Assembly (NCBI GenBank): GCA_964016885.1
Contig: OZ024743.1
Span: forward strand, 40,486,001-40,550,000
Direction: 5' to 3'
Source of the DNA: Eledone cirrhosa
Taxonomy: Eukaryota
Length of the DNA stretch: 64,000 nt
In this document: piece after piece, positions 29,025 through 43,974 of the stretch
Layout of the letters: every line of letters begins with the position of its first letter
Position numbering within the stretch: position 1 is the stretch's first letter
Made by a program: the position numbers and the translations under genes
The notes under the pieces: model-generated
What the model saw: the letters and a program-made list of their open reading frames with translations, nothing else
What the model was told of the DNA's origin: nothing
Database searches by the model: none

Positions 29025-29299
29025 CATAAATATTATATATATATAAAAATAAAAAGGTGAAAAGGGTAAACAAATACTTGGGAATACGGTAAATAATAAA
29101 TACATAAATAAATAGATAAAGATATAAATGTTTATAGCTGATATAGAGCACTCAACAACATCCTGGAGCAAATAATCAATGAAAATAAACATTAAATCAC
29201 TCTGTATGTAATTAAGCATATACATACATATATATATATATATATATTCACACACGCACACACACAAAACCATACAAATACAAACATATATACATATAT

Positions 29300-29332
<33 letters not shown>

Positions 29333-29520
29333 AACATATATGAAAAAGCATGACCGCGACGGCAGAGCTCAAGCCGTCTCTGAGGCATTTATATATATAC
29401 ACATATAAACATATACATATATATAAATATAGACATATACACACACACACACACATCTACAAAAGTTTACATCACCACCTTAATAAAAGTACACACACAC
29501 ATATAAACACACACACATAT

Positions 29521-29663
<143 letters not shown>

Positions 29664-29731
29664 TATACATACAGATGTATATAAAATACAACTAATTACA
29701 GACATACAAATACATATAATTATATATACAT

Positions 29732-29822
<91 letters not shown>

Positions 29823-29869
29823 TACACATATACACAACACATATATACACACAGAAATAAATATCTATG

Positions 29870-32210
29870 AATAAAAAAGATGGGTATGTAAAGGGTAAGG
29901 TAGAAAGTAGGAGGGAAATAAAGGAAATAAATGACATAGGAAAAAGTTTAAATATATGGGGAGCTAAGGGAGAAAAAGAATATAAGAGTACAGAAAGTGA
30001 GTTCAGAAAGTAATTAAAATCGTAGTGGATGTAAGGCGTAGAGAGCAGAGAAGATGTTCAAGGTGGTTAAGTTATCGTAGCAAAGAAGAAGTTCAAGGTG
30101 GTTGAGTCATCGTAGGAATGTCAATCCAGTTACAGATCAGATGTGATTTCAGGTGAGGAGAACATCTGAAGTTCTCGGTCTTGGAGTTCAGGCAAGTTGA
30201 AGTGGCTTTCAAGTTTTGTAGATTCCTAAATTTTTCAGTGGTACACAAAGAACAATCCTTTATGCCCCTTTGGTATTCCCTCGAATGGTCTAAAATAGAC
30301 CAATCGATAGAGTACAGGATGTTTTTATCCTTGAATTCCCACACCTTATTTGCTAGAGCCGTTGCTTTTCTTTTAGCAGAGTGTTTAAAGGAAGCGACAT
30401 GTGCATAAAACCTGTCCTGAGTCATGCCAACATATCGTTCACTTCTGGCTGGCTGGTTATTAAGAAAATGTGTCACTTTGGCCTTATATACAACGGATTT
30501 GGTGTTACATTTGCCCTGTAATGGGCATTCATCCGGCTTCCTGCAACTGCATCCTGGATTTATTCTCGCACGATTAGAATTAGTGATTTTAGACATCATT
30601 GCTGGGCAGCAAGTGTAACTGATTTTAACTACATTTCTATTAAATATCTTATAATATCTATGATTAGGAGGAAAATGTTTGGGTAAGAGGTCAAGGAATT
30701 TCCTTCCTAAATTAGTTTTGACAGTTAGAGAGAAGGGGGGGGGGGGGTGTAAACCAAATAATTTTCCTTTTTCTATTATAGTGGTTAATTTTAGGGGGAG
30801 GAGTAGGTAAATTATTAATGTGTTCTGTAAATCCGCTGTTATTAAGGGCTTTATTATAATAAGGGGCGGCTTTATTAAAAATGTCTAGAGACGAAGATAA
30901 GGTAGAAATCCTACGGCTAATATTGGGAATAAGATTTTTAAAAACTATAGGGGGATGGCAAGACTCTTTGTGTATATATCTAAGATTTTCGTTAGGTTTA
31001 TGATAAAGTTTAAAAGAGGCAGTAATTAGATCAAGATTAATGTCAAGAAAGTTAGCATTGGTAAGGTTCGTATCTATAGTAATTTTAAGGTTTAGATTAG
31101 CAAAAGTATTGATTAAATCTTTACGGAATTTATCAAGGTTATGGCCGTTGGTGGTATGAGAAACTGCCAATCCGTCGACACGGTATAAACCGATATTATA
31201 GGAAGAAAATTTCTCTTTAAGGGCGTAGAGTAGGAATAATCCTACTAAGTCACACACATCCGCACTGTCATATGAACCCATTGCAACACCAAAAGCGTTT
31301 TCAGTGTTTGACTTTTTAACCCAAATACTTTCATTAGTAAAGAGTAGAGTTTTCCTAGTATGAAAGATAATGTATTCTTCTAATTTAAAAATATTAATGA
31401 AGGTTCTTGCAAAAAATAAGGAAACAGTAATAGAGGGGCAAAAATCAACAATATCAAATTGGGTAAATCTACACTTATTTTTACCTTGTATATTATAAAA
31501 CCAAGAAATAACAGAGGATGTATTTAACCATTGTGATAAGTCAGTCTTAGTTCTAATTTGGAGAATTATTTTTCTTAAGATTTTTTTACTTGCAAGGCCG
31601 ACTTCGGATTTAGCCGGGTTAATCAGTCTACAGCTAGGTCGATTAGTAAAGTCTAATTTATGGTCTTTAAGGATAATATAGGCTTTACGTTTAGCTAGGC
31701 TTTCAATCCGGTTGTCTATTTTTAATCAACTAGCTAGTTCTTTAGCATCTTTCTTAATAGTATTGTAGGTGTTATTATTAGTTAATTGATATGTGTTGGT
31801 GATACTATTAGTTAAAAGTTGGTTATACAAAATACTATTAATTTCAAAGAGATTTTTAGTTTTATCGGAAAGAACAAAAGTGTTTGAGGAATTTTTAAAA
31901 TTAGAAATATCGTTAGAAAGTTTAGTTTGAAAATTATTATTGTACTTATGAAGTTTGATATCACTAATTAAATTAACAAGGTCTAATTCGAAGTTGGCCA
32001 TGTCTTTAATTCTAGGTGGCTATTTACGGGATTTTATGTCAAAACAATCATTTGTATCAGCACTGAATAGTCCATCGTAAACCATTTCCTTCCATCTCAT
32101 TCTTTTAACTACTTGTTCGATTTCATCTATAAGTAGTTTGGTATAAGTTGTGTTGGAAGGAGTAGGTATATTTTTGATTGAATAATCCAATTCATAGAGC
32201 ACTCTTTTTT
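29870..32210 (-). mobile_element. Near full-length decayed Naiad-like PLE, family E
   Basis: ORFs 32020-32202 (YSIKNIPTPS..RMRWK), 31726-32001, 30712-31281 (MGSYDSADVCDLVGLF, LYRVDGL) and 30093-30599 (CSCRKPDECPL, YVGMT, CSLC). Confidence 0.93.
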
Positions 32211-32433
32211 CCTGGACCTTTCCGACGGAATTACTTCATATATATTTATATATATATATATATGGTATTAGGATTGGTGCTCTGAAATAGCGACGTATAC
32301 ATGAATATATGTATAGTATATTTGGCAATATACCGTATGTTTAATTAAACATATTTTGAAGACCATACACTATCAGTTTTAAAGTAGTGACTATGACATT
32401 TACTTCTTTTCTTCGGTGAATGAAGGGAGAGAA

Positions 32434-32476
32434 GCTAGCAAATTGTCTGTTTCACACTGTTGGCGATCATCAGAGC
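32434..32476 (-). ncRNA. Degenerate hammerhead upstream of the family E ORF
   Basis: gct CTGATGA t-cgc-caaca-gtg-t GAAA caga-caa-tttg CT agc; U16.1 is replaced by C. Flanked by an inverted repeat (about 32263-32365 versus 32503-32562). Confidence 0.55.
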
Positions 32477-32681
32477 AAGGTACTCCCCGTGATAGATTAT
32501 GTTCTTCAAAATGCTTTTTATTTTAGCCTACGGTATATTGCCAATATACCAATCCTAATACCTATTTTTTGCTGAACCGGCAGTCGCTCTGTATAATCAG
32601 CTCCTGATTATTACTAGAATTCTATAAGAATCCAGCTTCTATAATCTTCGGTGAAAGGACAATATAAATATTTAATATTGA

Positions 32682-32748
32682 AATGGCTTCTACAGGACAA
32701 GAACTGTTTCTTTCGAATGAAACAGTTCTAGTCCTGTAGAAGCCATTA
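32682..32748. repeat. Short fold-back element
   Basis: aatggcttctacaggac.agaactgtttc.ttc|gaatgaaacagttctagtcctgtagaagccatt. Confidence 0.8.
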
Positions 32749-33122
32749 TCGCCAAAACTTCAATTTTACTAACCTTTTATTTGCATATATCTATCTATAT
32801 ATATATATATATTATCAGATCAATGGTGGTGGGTATGGGATGCATTCCACAAATCTAATATTTGTTTCTTGAGAAGATTTGTGGTGTGATGGCAATGTCA
32901 TTTGATTTCATGAATTAACTCATTAATCTGCAAATTATATTACATTTCATGAAATTGAAACGGGCGTAGAAATTAATAAAATGATTCGAAATACAATCAA
33001 TTGGTAAATTGAAATACACGTACACACACACGCACACACACAGAAACCACACACCACACACACACACACACATAAACCCCACACACACACCACACACACA
33101 CACATAAACCCCACACACACAC

Positions 33123-33158
<36 letters not shown>

Positions 33159-33592
33159 ATAGTATTAGTATTACTATTAGCATTGTATTGAAAAACCGGA
33201 AAGGGGGCTGAAAATTTAAAATATTTCTTTAAAAGTAAAGAAAAATGATAACAATTGACATGAACAGCAATAAATATACGTTAAAGACACCGCAACATAA
33301 TTTTACTGAATTTTAACAGCTGCGAGAGGAAGATTATGGTTTGTTGTTAAAATACATTCTGCTATATATGTATAACTTTGTTAATATAAATTTTTTTATG
33401 TTGTTTACATTTGTATATATGTAGGTTTTCTTTTGTCATTGATTTTTTTTTAGTCATTTGGTATTAAATTTATAGTTTCAGGAAAATATTTATGGACCAA
33501 TCGTATTTTGATATTTTGAAAATACTACATCATATACCGAGGAGCAGCAGGTGTTATCAAATACACAAAAGCACATAAAAACAAATACATGT

Positions 33593-33646
<54 letters not shown>

Positions 33647-33892
33647 GTACATATATGCACACAGACACACACACACACACGCACATATATATATATGTAT
33701 ATATAAATATATGAATACTATATATATATAAAGTAAATCTATGTATATTTTTTCTGTGTGTGTTTATCCACATACACACATGTACGTACATATACTTATC
33801 TAAAATATATATATATTATTCATATATTTACTTTATTACTGAGATTAATGTATGTTGCCATGTACACACACAAACACACACACACACATATG

Positions 33893-33996
<104 letters not shown>

Positions 33997-34063
33997 GATC
34001 CTGGGTTCAATCGGGGGTAACCACAGTAAGCAAGATACTCAATACATATCAGAGTATAAACAT

Positions 34064-34318
34064 TTAATATTGAAATGGCTTCTAGAAGACTAGAACTGTT
34101 TCGTTCGAAGGGAAACATCTGGAAATCCGACTGTCAATGTCGTATGGTAGTACATTTTCTGGTGGTAGAGGAAGGTGTTGATTGGCATGGGCGGATGTCG
34201 TTGGCTGATGGATTTAAAGAATGTAAAAATACCACCATACCACATTGACAGTCGGCTTTCCTTGTGATTTGTTTCGAATGAAACATTGCTAGTCCTGTGG
34301 AAACCATATCTATATTAT
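34064..34318. repeat. Longer fold-back element of the same family
   Basis: Same terminal arms plus inner arms ccgactgtcaatgt / acattgacagtcgg. Confidence 0.7.
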
Positions 34319-34319
34319 A

Positions 34320-34377
<58 letters not shown>

Positions 34378-35354
34378 AGATAGTATCGACATCTGAACAT
34401 GGCGTGTGGGAATCAACTGTTATCAAACAATTTTAACCTTGCATTTTCGTGACCTAAACTCCCTTTAGACGGGTTAATCCATACAAGTAAACAGGGTGAT
34501 AATGTTTATGGCTCTAGGGTCTTCAAGCTATTTCAGTTTATTCCATATGCGTGCGCCCTCTCTATAAGCCAGTGCAGTGAATGTAGGATACAGGTTTTGA
34601 TAATATTAATCTCCTTCCTTTGTAAGCTGGTTTGTCGATAATGGTCTGATAAAGTTATAGGAAAATAGGAGGAAATAATGCATTGATTATATATATTTAT
34701 AAGGTATCAGGGAAAAGTTTTCGAGGTGAGGTCTATACATAAATTGTATACGTACACATAGATTCTCGCTAAATATGGCGAGTAGAGAAGAAATGACTAA
34801 TTAAACTAGCACAACTACACAACATATTTGACTAATTAATGGATACTAACAAGCAACACAATTAATCAATTATGCTAACATGATCATAAACAAATACGCA
34901 ACTACCACCAACGCTGCGATCACCACTACCAATAACAACCAAAGACAAAAGTTCGACTTCACAGTATCCTATGAAACTACCAAAACGCCTCATCCATTGT
35001 CACCACAATTTGATCCCCTATTTCAGTGACATATACCCTATCCAAACTTCCGTTCTTAGGGTGACGCACCACTGAGCCACACACAACCCATTTATGGTTA
35101 CATCTTAAAATAGCAGAGACAGCAAACCATTATACCCCAGTCCATCGCATACCTCATGTCCAGCTCTGGATGCTACATCTCTCGTCTTATTTGATATATA
35201 CACATGCATGCATGTGTATAGATAGTCATACAAGGTTATATAAAAACGCATAAACACACTCACACCCACACACTAATAATCGCATATGCATACACACATG
35301 AATAACACACATTAATAGATAAACACACACACATACACACATGGTCAATATCCT

Positions 35355-36787
35355 GCCATCACCATCACTGTCACCATCGTCATCATCATTGGACACAAGC
35401 CTATAAGCTAATTTCTAGACCCTAGTCCTATAGAAATCATTTATATAAGATGTGTATGAAGAAAAATGTGTTAACGACAGCAACAGCTGACTAATGAAAT
35501 GACAGTCAATCGTATTGGTGGCCTCCCCACAGCCCCGGCGGACAGAATAGAGAAGGCGTTTCCCCGGAGGACGCCAACGGAGACTCGCTGAAAAAAGCCC
35601 TTCCAACTCGCAAGGCTCACACCTGAGGCTGGCCAGCTCAGCGCCTATGGTGATGTGTAGAGAGGTAGCCCTAGGGCCGAGGACACGAGAAGTTTCCACT
35701 GCCAAGGGTACGACGGCAAACCTGTCGGAGAGCGACCGGTATTTGGAGAGTGTGGCCTCGTCAGCCCGACGTGCAGCAGAACCTGGGTTAGTCGCAGACA
35801 GCACCAGGTTGCGTTCTTTTACAATCAATTGTTTGCGAGTCTACTACAACAGAAATACTGAAATTTGACACCTCATAAAATCTGACACTCCTCAGTACTG
35901 TGACATTAGCTATACTCACTGAACTACTCCAATTATTCTTCTCTTCTTTAAATTTCTGACCATCCATTTTTGACGCAAAAATTACTATGCCTAATCACGT
36001 GACTTTCACCAACCAATAAAATCGTATTTTAAACAAATATCAATTTTCAGCCACTTTTTCTAGCGCAAAAGTTACTCTATCTAATCACCTGACTGTTATC
36101 AACCAACAAAATTACATTTTAAACAAACATCAATCTGGAGAATACAGAACACAGCTAAGTATACTTTAATATACTTTGATATTTTAATATTTTAATATCT
36201 TAATATGTTAGCCATCCGCCCCCGCCCCTACCCCCACATATTAACATCCTTCTCCATTTTACTAATGGAATCGATTTTAATACTGTTGTTGTTATTAAGA
36301 CGATAAACCACCATTGTTACACATACACACAAATACAATTCCACATCCATAACAGGCGCACACAGATAGACTCACATATACACAAATTCATACCCCCCCC
36401 CCCCTACCATCACCGTCGTCGTCACCATCACCATCATCATTGGACGCAGACCTATAAAGCAATTTCTTGTACATTCAATTGATTGTGAGTCTATTACAAT
36501 AGAAGTCCGAAATTTGACACCTCTTAAATTCTGTCTCACCAGCACTTTAATATTAGCCATACTCACTGAACAATGACACTCCAAGTTTTCTTTTCTTCTT
36601 TTATTTACTGACCATTCGTTTTTGGCGCGAAAATTACTATACGTAATCACGTGACTGTAACCAACGAATAAAATCGCATTTTAAACAAATAGCAATTTTG
36701 ACCCACATTTTCTAGTGCAAAAATGACTACTTAATCACGTGACTGTCATCAACCAAAAACATTTGATTTTAAACAAATAGCAATCCG
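35355..36787. repeat. Diverged direct duplication with internal 88-bp subrepeats
   Basis: 35355-35417 plus 35820-36133 aligns with 36405-36787. Confidence 0.75.
35415..35820 (-). mobile_element. CRE-like non-LTR retrotransposon 3' end (REL endonuclease)
   Basis: ORF 35415-35828: PGSAARRADEATLSKYRSLSDRFAVVPLAVETS..LGP; GC-rich relative to flanks. Confidence 0.75.
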
Positions 36788-36959
36788 GGCAACTGTTTTG
36801 GTGTAAAGCAAGAAGAATTTTCTAATTCCAGTTACATATGAGAGACACCACAGCAGAAACAAAGATCCTTCATATTGCTTTTGATAATCATAGAATTGTG
36901 AAACGGGTGAATAAATAAATATTCTTAAAAACTTCACATTTTCAAATTCTTTTCTTATA

Positions 36960-37380
36960 TTTTCACGTGGACAACAAAGAAGATGCAGGCGAAGAATTAG
37001 ACATTCTGCATCACATGTCTGGGGGGCATCTTCATCATCAGCTGCCCGGAGAAGAAGAGAAACGAAGATCTGTGGTTGGGAATGGGACAAAAACCAGTGG
37101 CAAAGCAGATTCTGCAGAGGGGGTCGAACTGGATCGGACATACCCTCAAGAAAACAGCATCCAACACCACACGCCAAACCCTGACTTGGAACCCGCAGTA
37201 TGAGGGGAAGAGAGGACGGCCCCGCAGCAGCATGATGTGAGACACTGAGGCTGAATAAAGTAAACTGGAAGCCAACTGGTGTGGAGTGGGGAGAGCAGCC
37301 CAGGGTCGTGTATGATGACGGAGGGTCTTCAATGGCTTATGCACCACTGAGAGCGATGGGGTTGAATCATGAATGAATTA
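36960..37380 (+). mobile_element. RTE-clade LINE 3' fragment
   Basis: Manual translation WIGHTLKKTASNTTRQTLTWNPQYEGKRGRPR; short (tgaa)n tail. Confidence 0.8.
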
Positions 37381-37717
37381 ACATAGGCATCCAAGCTAAC
37401 AGATTCGACAGTGCATTGGATATTTATTCCAGGTGTCTGAGTGCTGAAATTCGTAGTCAATTTTGCCTTTCATTCTTTCGATGTGGATAAAAAATGAAGC
37501 AGAACTTGTGTAGCCCATGATCCTTCCCAATCACACATCCTAGATATTCCATTGCGCCAAAGGCAAAATTATCGAGAGAATGTCTCTCTACTCGAGATTG
37601 CATAAGAGCACAAATCGTTATGCCAAAGAATGTTACTTACTACTGCGTAATACTCGATTATGAGTGACGACTGTAGTTTATATTTTCTACATATAACAGA
37701 AATAATATACTATACTA

Positions 37718-37760
<43 letters not shown>

Positions 37761-37900
37761 TACATGAATACAATTTTCGATTTCCTTGTTCATAACGAAC
37801 TGCAAAGATATTTATTACTCTGTTACTATCATTGTATGTATTATATGCTAGGCTAGCAATATGCATATATACATAAATACACACACACACATACATACAT

Positions 37901-37931
<31 letters not shown>

Positions 37932-38548
37932 CATACATGCATGTGTATATACATACAGACATTCATACATGCGTACACACATACAAACAAACATATATCC
38001 GTACATACATGCGTATATACATATATACTTATATAGAGATATGTGTATGCATGCATATATTGATTTGTTGAGTTTGTAGACATGTATTACGGTTATGTGC
38101 TTAAATGAATATGCGCATAATGTGTGTGTATGTATGTATGAGTATGTGTGAGTGCCTGCGCATGTGCTGCCAGCGAATCAGTGAAAGAGTTTATTTCAGA
38201 AACATCACACCAATAACCAACATAATGTACGCTTATTAAATACAGATCTACGTATTAATATAATGTTAGCTTTTGTATGAATCACAAAAGACTTAGCTGC
38301 CATACTAGAAATCTACAAATGCTAGAGAATGGCGTATAGGTGACAGGAATAGCTTAAAATATTCAACTGGTTCTTTTACACTGAACGGAAAATTTTTAAC
38401 ATATTTATTCAACTTGGGTGACATGCATCGTTTCCCTTTTCTCTACGTTATAGACGATTTGCTGTTTGCTGTCCTTGTATGTTCCATGGAGTCATTGAAT
38501 AGACATGTCACATGTTCAACATGGTTTTAGACGTATATAAATACATAC

Positions 38549-38626
<78 letters not shown>

Positions 38627-38633
38627 GATACAG

Positions 38634-38701
<68 letters not shown>

Positions 38702-38847
38702 GATACAGTATAATATATATATATATATATATATACATATGTATACATTATTAATACTGTTAAGAAAATTGTTATTATTATAGAAATGATTTCTAAAGTA
38801 GAAATGTTCATATTCCACAATACTTCAAGCAAATTACATCAACCTCG

Positions 38848-38964
<117 letters not shown>

Positions 38965-39142
38965 GTGTGTGCGTGTCTGTGCATGTGTGTATGCATACAC
39001 GCATATACACATATATATATATATATATATAACGAAGGAAATGTGGTAAGGAACCAGGTGGATCATAACGCACCAAAGTACTCAATACTTGAGGTAGTAG
39101 AGTGGGTAATATATATAGAGGTACATACGTTTCGTTGGGTTA

Positions 39143-40205
39143 TCTACTTATATATATAACCACCAATTTCTCTGTCTGTCTGTCCGACAGTGGAAACACG
39201 TGCGTAGAGAGAGAGTGGGGGTGAAAGAAAGAGACAGACAGACTACGAGAGGGGGATAGCGGGAGCGAGAGAGGGAGAGAGAGAGTGAATAGACGCTAAA
39301 ACATGTGCTACAGAAACATTACCTTCCCCTCTCCACTGACTTTGGTCACTGAGGCCGAGGGAATCGCTGGTTGCTATAGAGCCACCTTGCACAAGCCAGA
39401 AGTAACCGGTTCTGACTTGACACCATGCGAAGAAGGTTGCCATTGAATTTGTGGTTTGAAGATGGTTGCCATTGAATTTGTGGTTGTTGCTGCTGATAAT
39501 AAGGACCATTTGAAGAAGGTTGCCATTGAATTTGTGGTTTGAAGAAGGTTGCCATTGAATTTGTGGTTGTTGCTGCTGATAATAAGGACCATTTGAAGAA
39601 GGTTGCCATTGAATTTGTGGTTTGAAGAAGGTTGCCATTGAATTTGTGGTTGTTGCTGCTGATAATAAGGACCATTTGAAGGTAATTTATTAATCAGATT
39701 GCGCAGTTCCATAACCTACGTTTGATTTGTTCAATTTTTTCTTCATTTTTTTTGTTGTTTTTTTTTTATTTCTTATTGAAAAAATATAAATAATAAAATA
39801 AGATTAGAAATTTAAATACAATTAAATACGATTTAATTTCCATTTCCAGCAGCCAATGTCCAGTGTTCAATTTCATGAAAAAATTGGAAATAGTTTAACT
39901 TTTGAACATTTGTTTTGACAATAAAAAAATATTTCCTTATTCATACCTAATGGTATGATTAAAATTTCATAGGAATATTTTTTTCTAACCGCCAGTTATT
40001 TATTTTCTCCTTTTTCGTTTTAACATATATTTATTTCAAAGATTTCACCGTATCGATAACATATATATTTATACATGCATAAAAGACACACCGAGAGATG
40101 GTGAACATGTGGTGCCGAAAACATTTCTCATCCAAATCTCAACAATATCAGTATATACACTAGATTTGCTAGCAGAAAACCGCCAACCGGGTGGTTTTCT
40201 GCTAG
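39143..40205 (+). mobile_element. Non-autonomous Helitron-like element
   Basis: 5' TC plus (ta)n and (tctg)n; 3' hairpin gaaaaccgcc..gggtggttttc followed by CTAG. Confidence 0.65.
39430..39682. repeat. 83-bp tandem repeat x3 (29+29+25 bp subunits)
   Basis: aaggacca at 39501, 39584 and 39667. Confidence 0.95.
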
Positions 40206-40590
<385 letters not shown>

Positions 40591-40594
40591 GCGT

Positions 40595-40755
40595 CTTCAC
40601 GAACCAAAGTATCGTCTTCCTGTTTTCTTTCGTTTGCAAAGCATTTCGATATATTTACTTCTGCGTTCACAGATTGATTTTTTTAGTTTCACAAGATCCC
40701 GTTAAGTGTGAAAGCAGCGATTATTTGTTTAAACTTTAATTTGTTATTTTAATAT
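40595..40755 (+). mobile_element. Diverged family A pLTR tail with decayed HHR motif
   Basis: Aligns with 18578-18740; the core reads CACAAGA. Confidence 0.8.
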
Positions 40756-41431
40756 ATATATATATATAATTATATATTCTTGTACAGATATGTTTGCATA
40801 CACAAAAACAAAATATAAACAAACGTATTTATTTCACGAAAGCACAGACGGCTTATCATCATTGTTACTGCCGATATGCCACCCAAAAAGCCCCACTACT
40901 TTTGGCACAAGGCCAGCAATTACATAGTCAACGGTTCGGAAATCACATACATCACTGATGAGTTTACTCCTTACTCTACCAGTTAGTGTTAGTGTACTTC
41001 GTCCTGCTTTTAGGTCATGCTTCGAAGGAAGAGATACTCCATTGGCCGAAATACTGCGAAAGCGGCAAGAAAAAGAACAAAGCGGGCAAACGAATCGGCA
41101 GTGGAATCTGCTATTCGACGGTCGCAAGGCCGAGGTTATCCGTACTTCTCTGTATTGTTTCAGAAAGGAGGGATAAACATGCCAATCTATGTTTAGAATC
41201 CCAAGCAATGCCGAGCCATTCTGCTTGTATGTACTAAAATAAAACTAGCAGCAGTATCCGACTTTGTTCGGATGATTCAGGCAGTAGATGATTTCTTAGA
41301 AAATAATAATTGCAATTCTGCATAAATATATTTGAAGTATATATTCAATGTGAGTATGTGTGTGTGAGCGTGTGCCTGAATGTTCTTGCTTTTTGTAACT
41401 CCCTCTTTCTCCCCCACTCTCACTCACTCTT

Positions 41432-41498
<67 letters not shown>

Positions 41499-41546
41499 GT
41501 CTCTCTCTCTCCATCACTGCAAAACCAACTAAACAACAGCAACTAG

Positions 41547-42341
41547 TCTATATATATAAAACTGAGGATGTCTGTCTGTCTGTGTGTGACTTTGAATCCC
41601 TAAAACTCGAAACCCACCCAACCGACTCTTTTCAAACTTTACACATGTAATACATATGTTTCAGGAAGTGTTCTGAGCAAAAGAAATTTCAAATGTTCAA
41701 TGCCCTTGGGACTGCATTAGGCGATTTAGCGATCTCTCTCTATAATTCTTAGTCTTTCTCTTTTTAGATAGATACATACATATAACGTCGCGCCTTTATA
41801 ATATCTGTCTGTATGACTAGCTGTCTGCATTACCTCACTTCCCTGAGGATGTCTGATGTGTGTGTGTGTGAGTTTGAATCCCTAAAACTCCAGAAGTACC
41901 CAACCGATTTCTTTGAGACTTTACATGTGTATTACTTATGTCTCAGGAAGTGTTATGCACATAACAAATTCGACTTTCTAATCTCCTAGGACCCGCATTA
42001 GGTGAAAAACTGCGTTTTTTTAAGCTTTTAGATGTTTTTTGAGGCGTTACGTCAGACCGATTTCCTTGAAATTGTAACTATGTATTAGTCAGTCTCTTCT
42101 CCATACTGTGAGCAAAGAAAATCCAAAAATAAATGTATTTTCTTAATCCCCCAGAATTAGGTGAAAACCTGCATTTTTATCTGCTTCATCGAGGAAAATC
42201 TTAAAGATTATCCAGCTATCAGAGTATTCAGTTTATTTCCTTTACATATTGTCTAGGCATGCAGTTTTTCCACGATTAGGTCTGTTGGCGGCCTGCGTTC
42301 CAAAATACCTTATCCCGTGTAACGCCGGATACCAATGCTAG
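41547..42341 (+). mobile_element. Non-autonomous Helitron-like element
   Basis: TCTATATATATAAAA start, internal duplication, subterminal hairpin tatcc..ggata and CTAG|T end. Confidence 0.75.
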
Positions 42342-42973
42342 TATAAAATAAAAAGGGCTACCTAGACTGGTTGATTTTAGGTATTCCGAGATACAGGTCA
42401 TTTCGAATTTAACTAGAAATTAACAAATCTTTTAATTAATGTAAAGGGAGATAACTGTCAAAAAAGACTACAAAGTAGAGGAGCTTGTGCAAAGTTAGTA
42501 ATTCAAAGAAATTAAATTCCTTGTAATTAAAATCAGTTACTCTGGTCAATAACATTTTCGCGGAATGAAATTCACTTCGTATGGACAAAGACTAATGCAG
42601 TGTTTCTCTGAACCAAGTTGCGAGAGTATATTCCACTTTTCCGAATTACATAGCGGACAGAAACTCGTCCTATTAATGTAGGGGGTATATTTTTCTAATC
42701 TAAACCTTTTTCCATTAAATAGATATGTTTATTTATAGCTAAATTTGAAAGACTTGCCCTTGACAAACTTTAGTGTATGTTTCCAAATTCTCAAATCAGC
42801 CTGTGAAGGTAGCCATTTTTTATTTGATATAACAAGTTTAATGAGTTGGTTGGTATATCCCAACGAAACTTAAGTACCTGTATATGTCACTATTGTAACT
42901 AATTATACTTAACTCGTCTTATGGACTGCGAACTCTTACCCATGGATATTTCTACCAAGCTTATAGTAATATA

Positions 42974-43027
<54 letters not shown>

Positions 43028-43369
43028 AACCAGTAAGACCCCGACAGCTGAGCTCAAGCCGTTTCGACGGCTAATTCTGGACATACACACGAACGCATAT
43101 ATATATATATGCGTGTGTGTGTATGTCTGTGTGTGTGTGTGTGTGTGCGTGCGTGTTTATGTGTGTGTATATGTATGCGTGTGTGTGTGTTGGGGGGGGG
43201 GGGGTCATATACATAAAAAAATAAAGGATAGAAACCCCAGAACTCCTTTTGGAATCGTAGAGGCACCGTCATACGGCGTGTCTAGGGCACATTAAAACCC
43301 GGTGTAGCCCAACTCTCTCTCCAGGTTTGAACACAGCCGATGTTTTTCTATAGAGGAAGACTCGACCCA

Positions 43370-43520
43370 GGATGGGACTGGTATTTTTTTTATCGACTTC
43401 GAAAGGATGAAAGGCAAAGTTGACCACGGCGGGATTTTAACTCAGAGCAGGCAAAGAGGTGTGACGAATACCATAAAACATTCTATCCGACGTCTTAACG
43501 AGTCTATCAATTGGCCCCTT
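43370..43520 (-). mobile_element. SINE copy
   Basis: Reverse complement of the 20172-20320 family. Confidence 0.7.
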
Positions 43521-43974
43521 TATATGTATATACTACACATCAAAAATAATAGGGTTTATACTAAAAAAATATTTAGTTTAATAATTCCTTGATAACATAT
43601 TTCTAAATAAAGATGCTTGAATCCTCGATTTTCCTTGACATCATCCTTTTTATCACTCTGGCCATCGACATATTTCACTTTACATACCTGTATCTCATTA
43701 TTCACTTCCATATCAAACATATATGCTCTAAATCACGATGACCTCGGTCTTATTTACTTATCTGCCGACTTTCCTAGATACCTCACTAGTTATCTACCTA
43801 CCAGCTAATGTTTCTGTCTCCGAACTCTTATTGGGAGTTTTGCTTTGCGATTTTTATTGTTGTTCTTGACTAGAAATAAATATTGTTTTAATGCGATAAC
43901 ATCCAGTCACACAGAGAGATAAATAGAGAGGGAGTTTTCGTAAATATATAGCGAGCTAAGTATGGAGATTCATT

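Noticed and set aside
39430-39682. CRISPR-like array of 29-bp repeats
   Set aside because: The intervening 25-bp sequences are identical, there are no cas genes and the context is eukaryotic.
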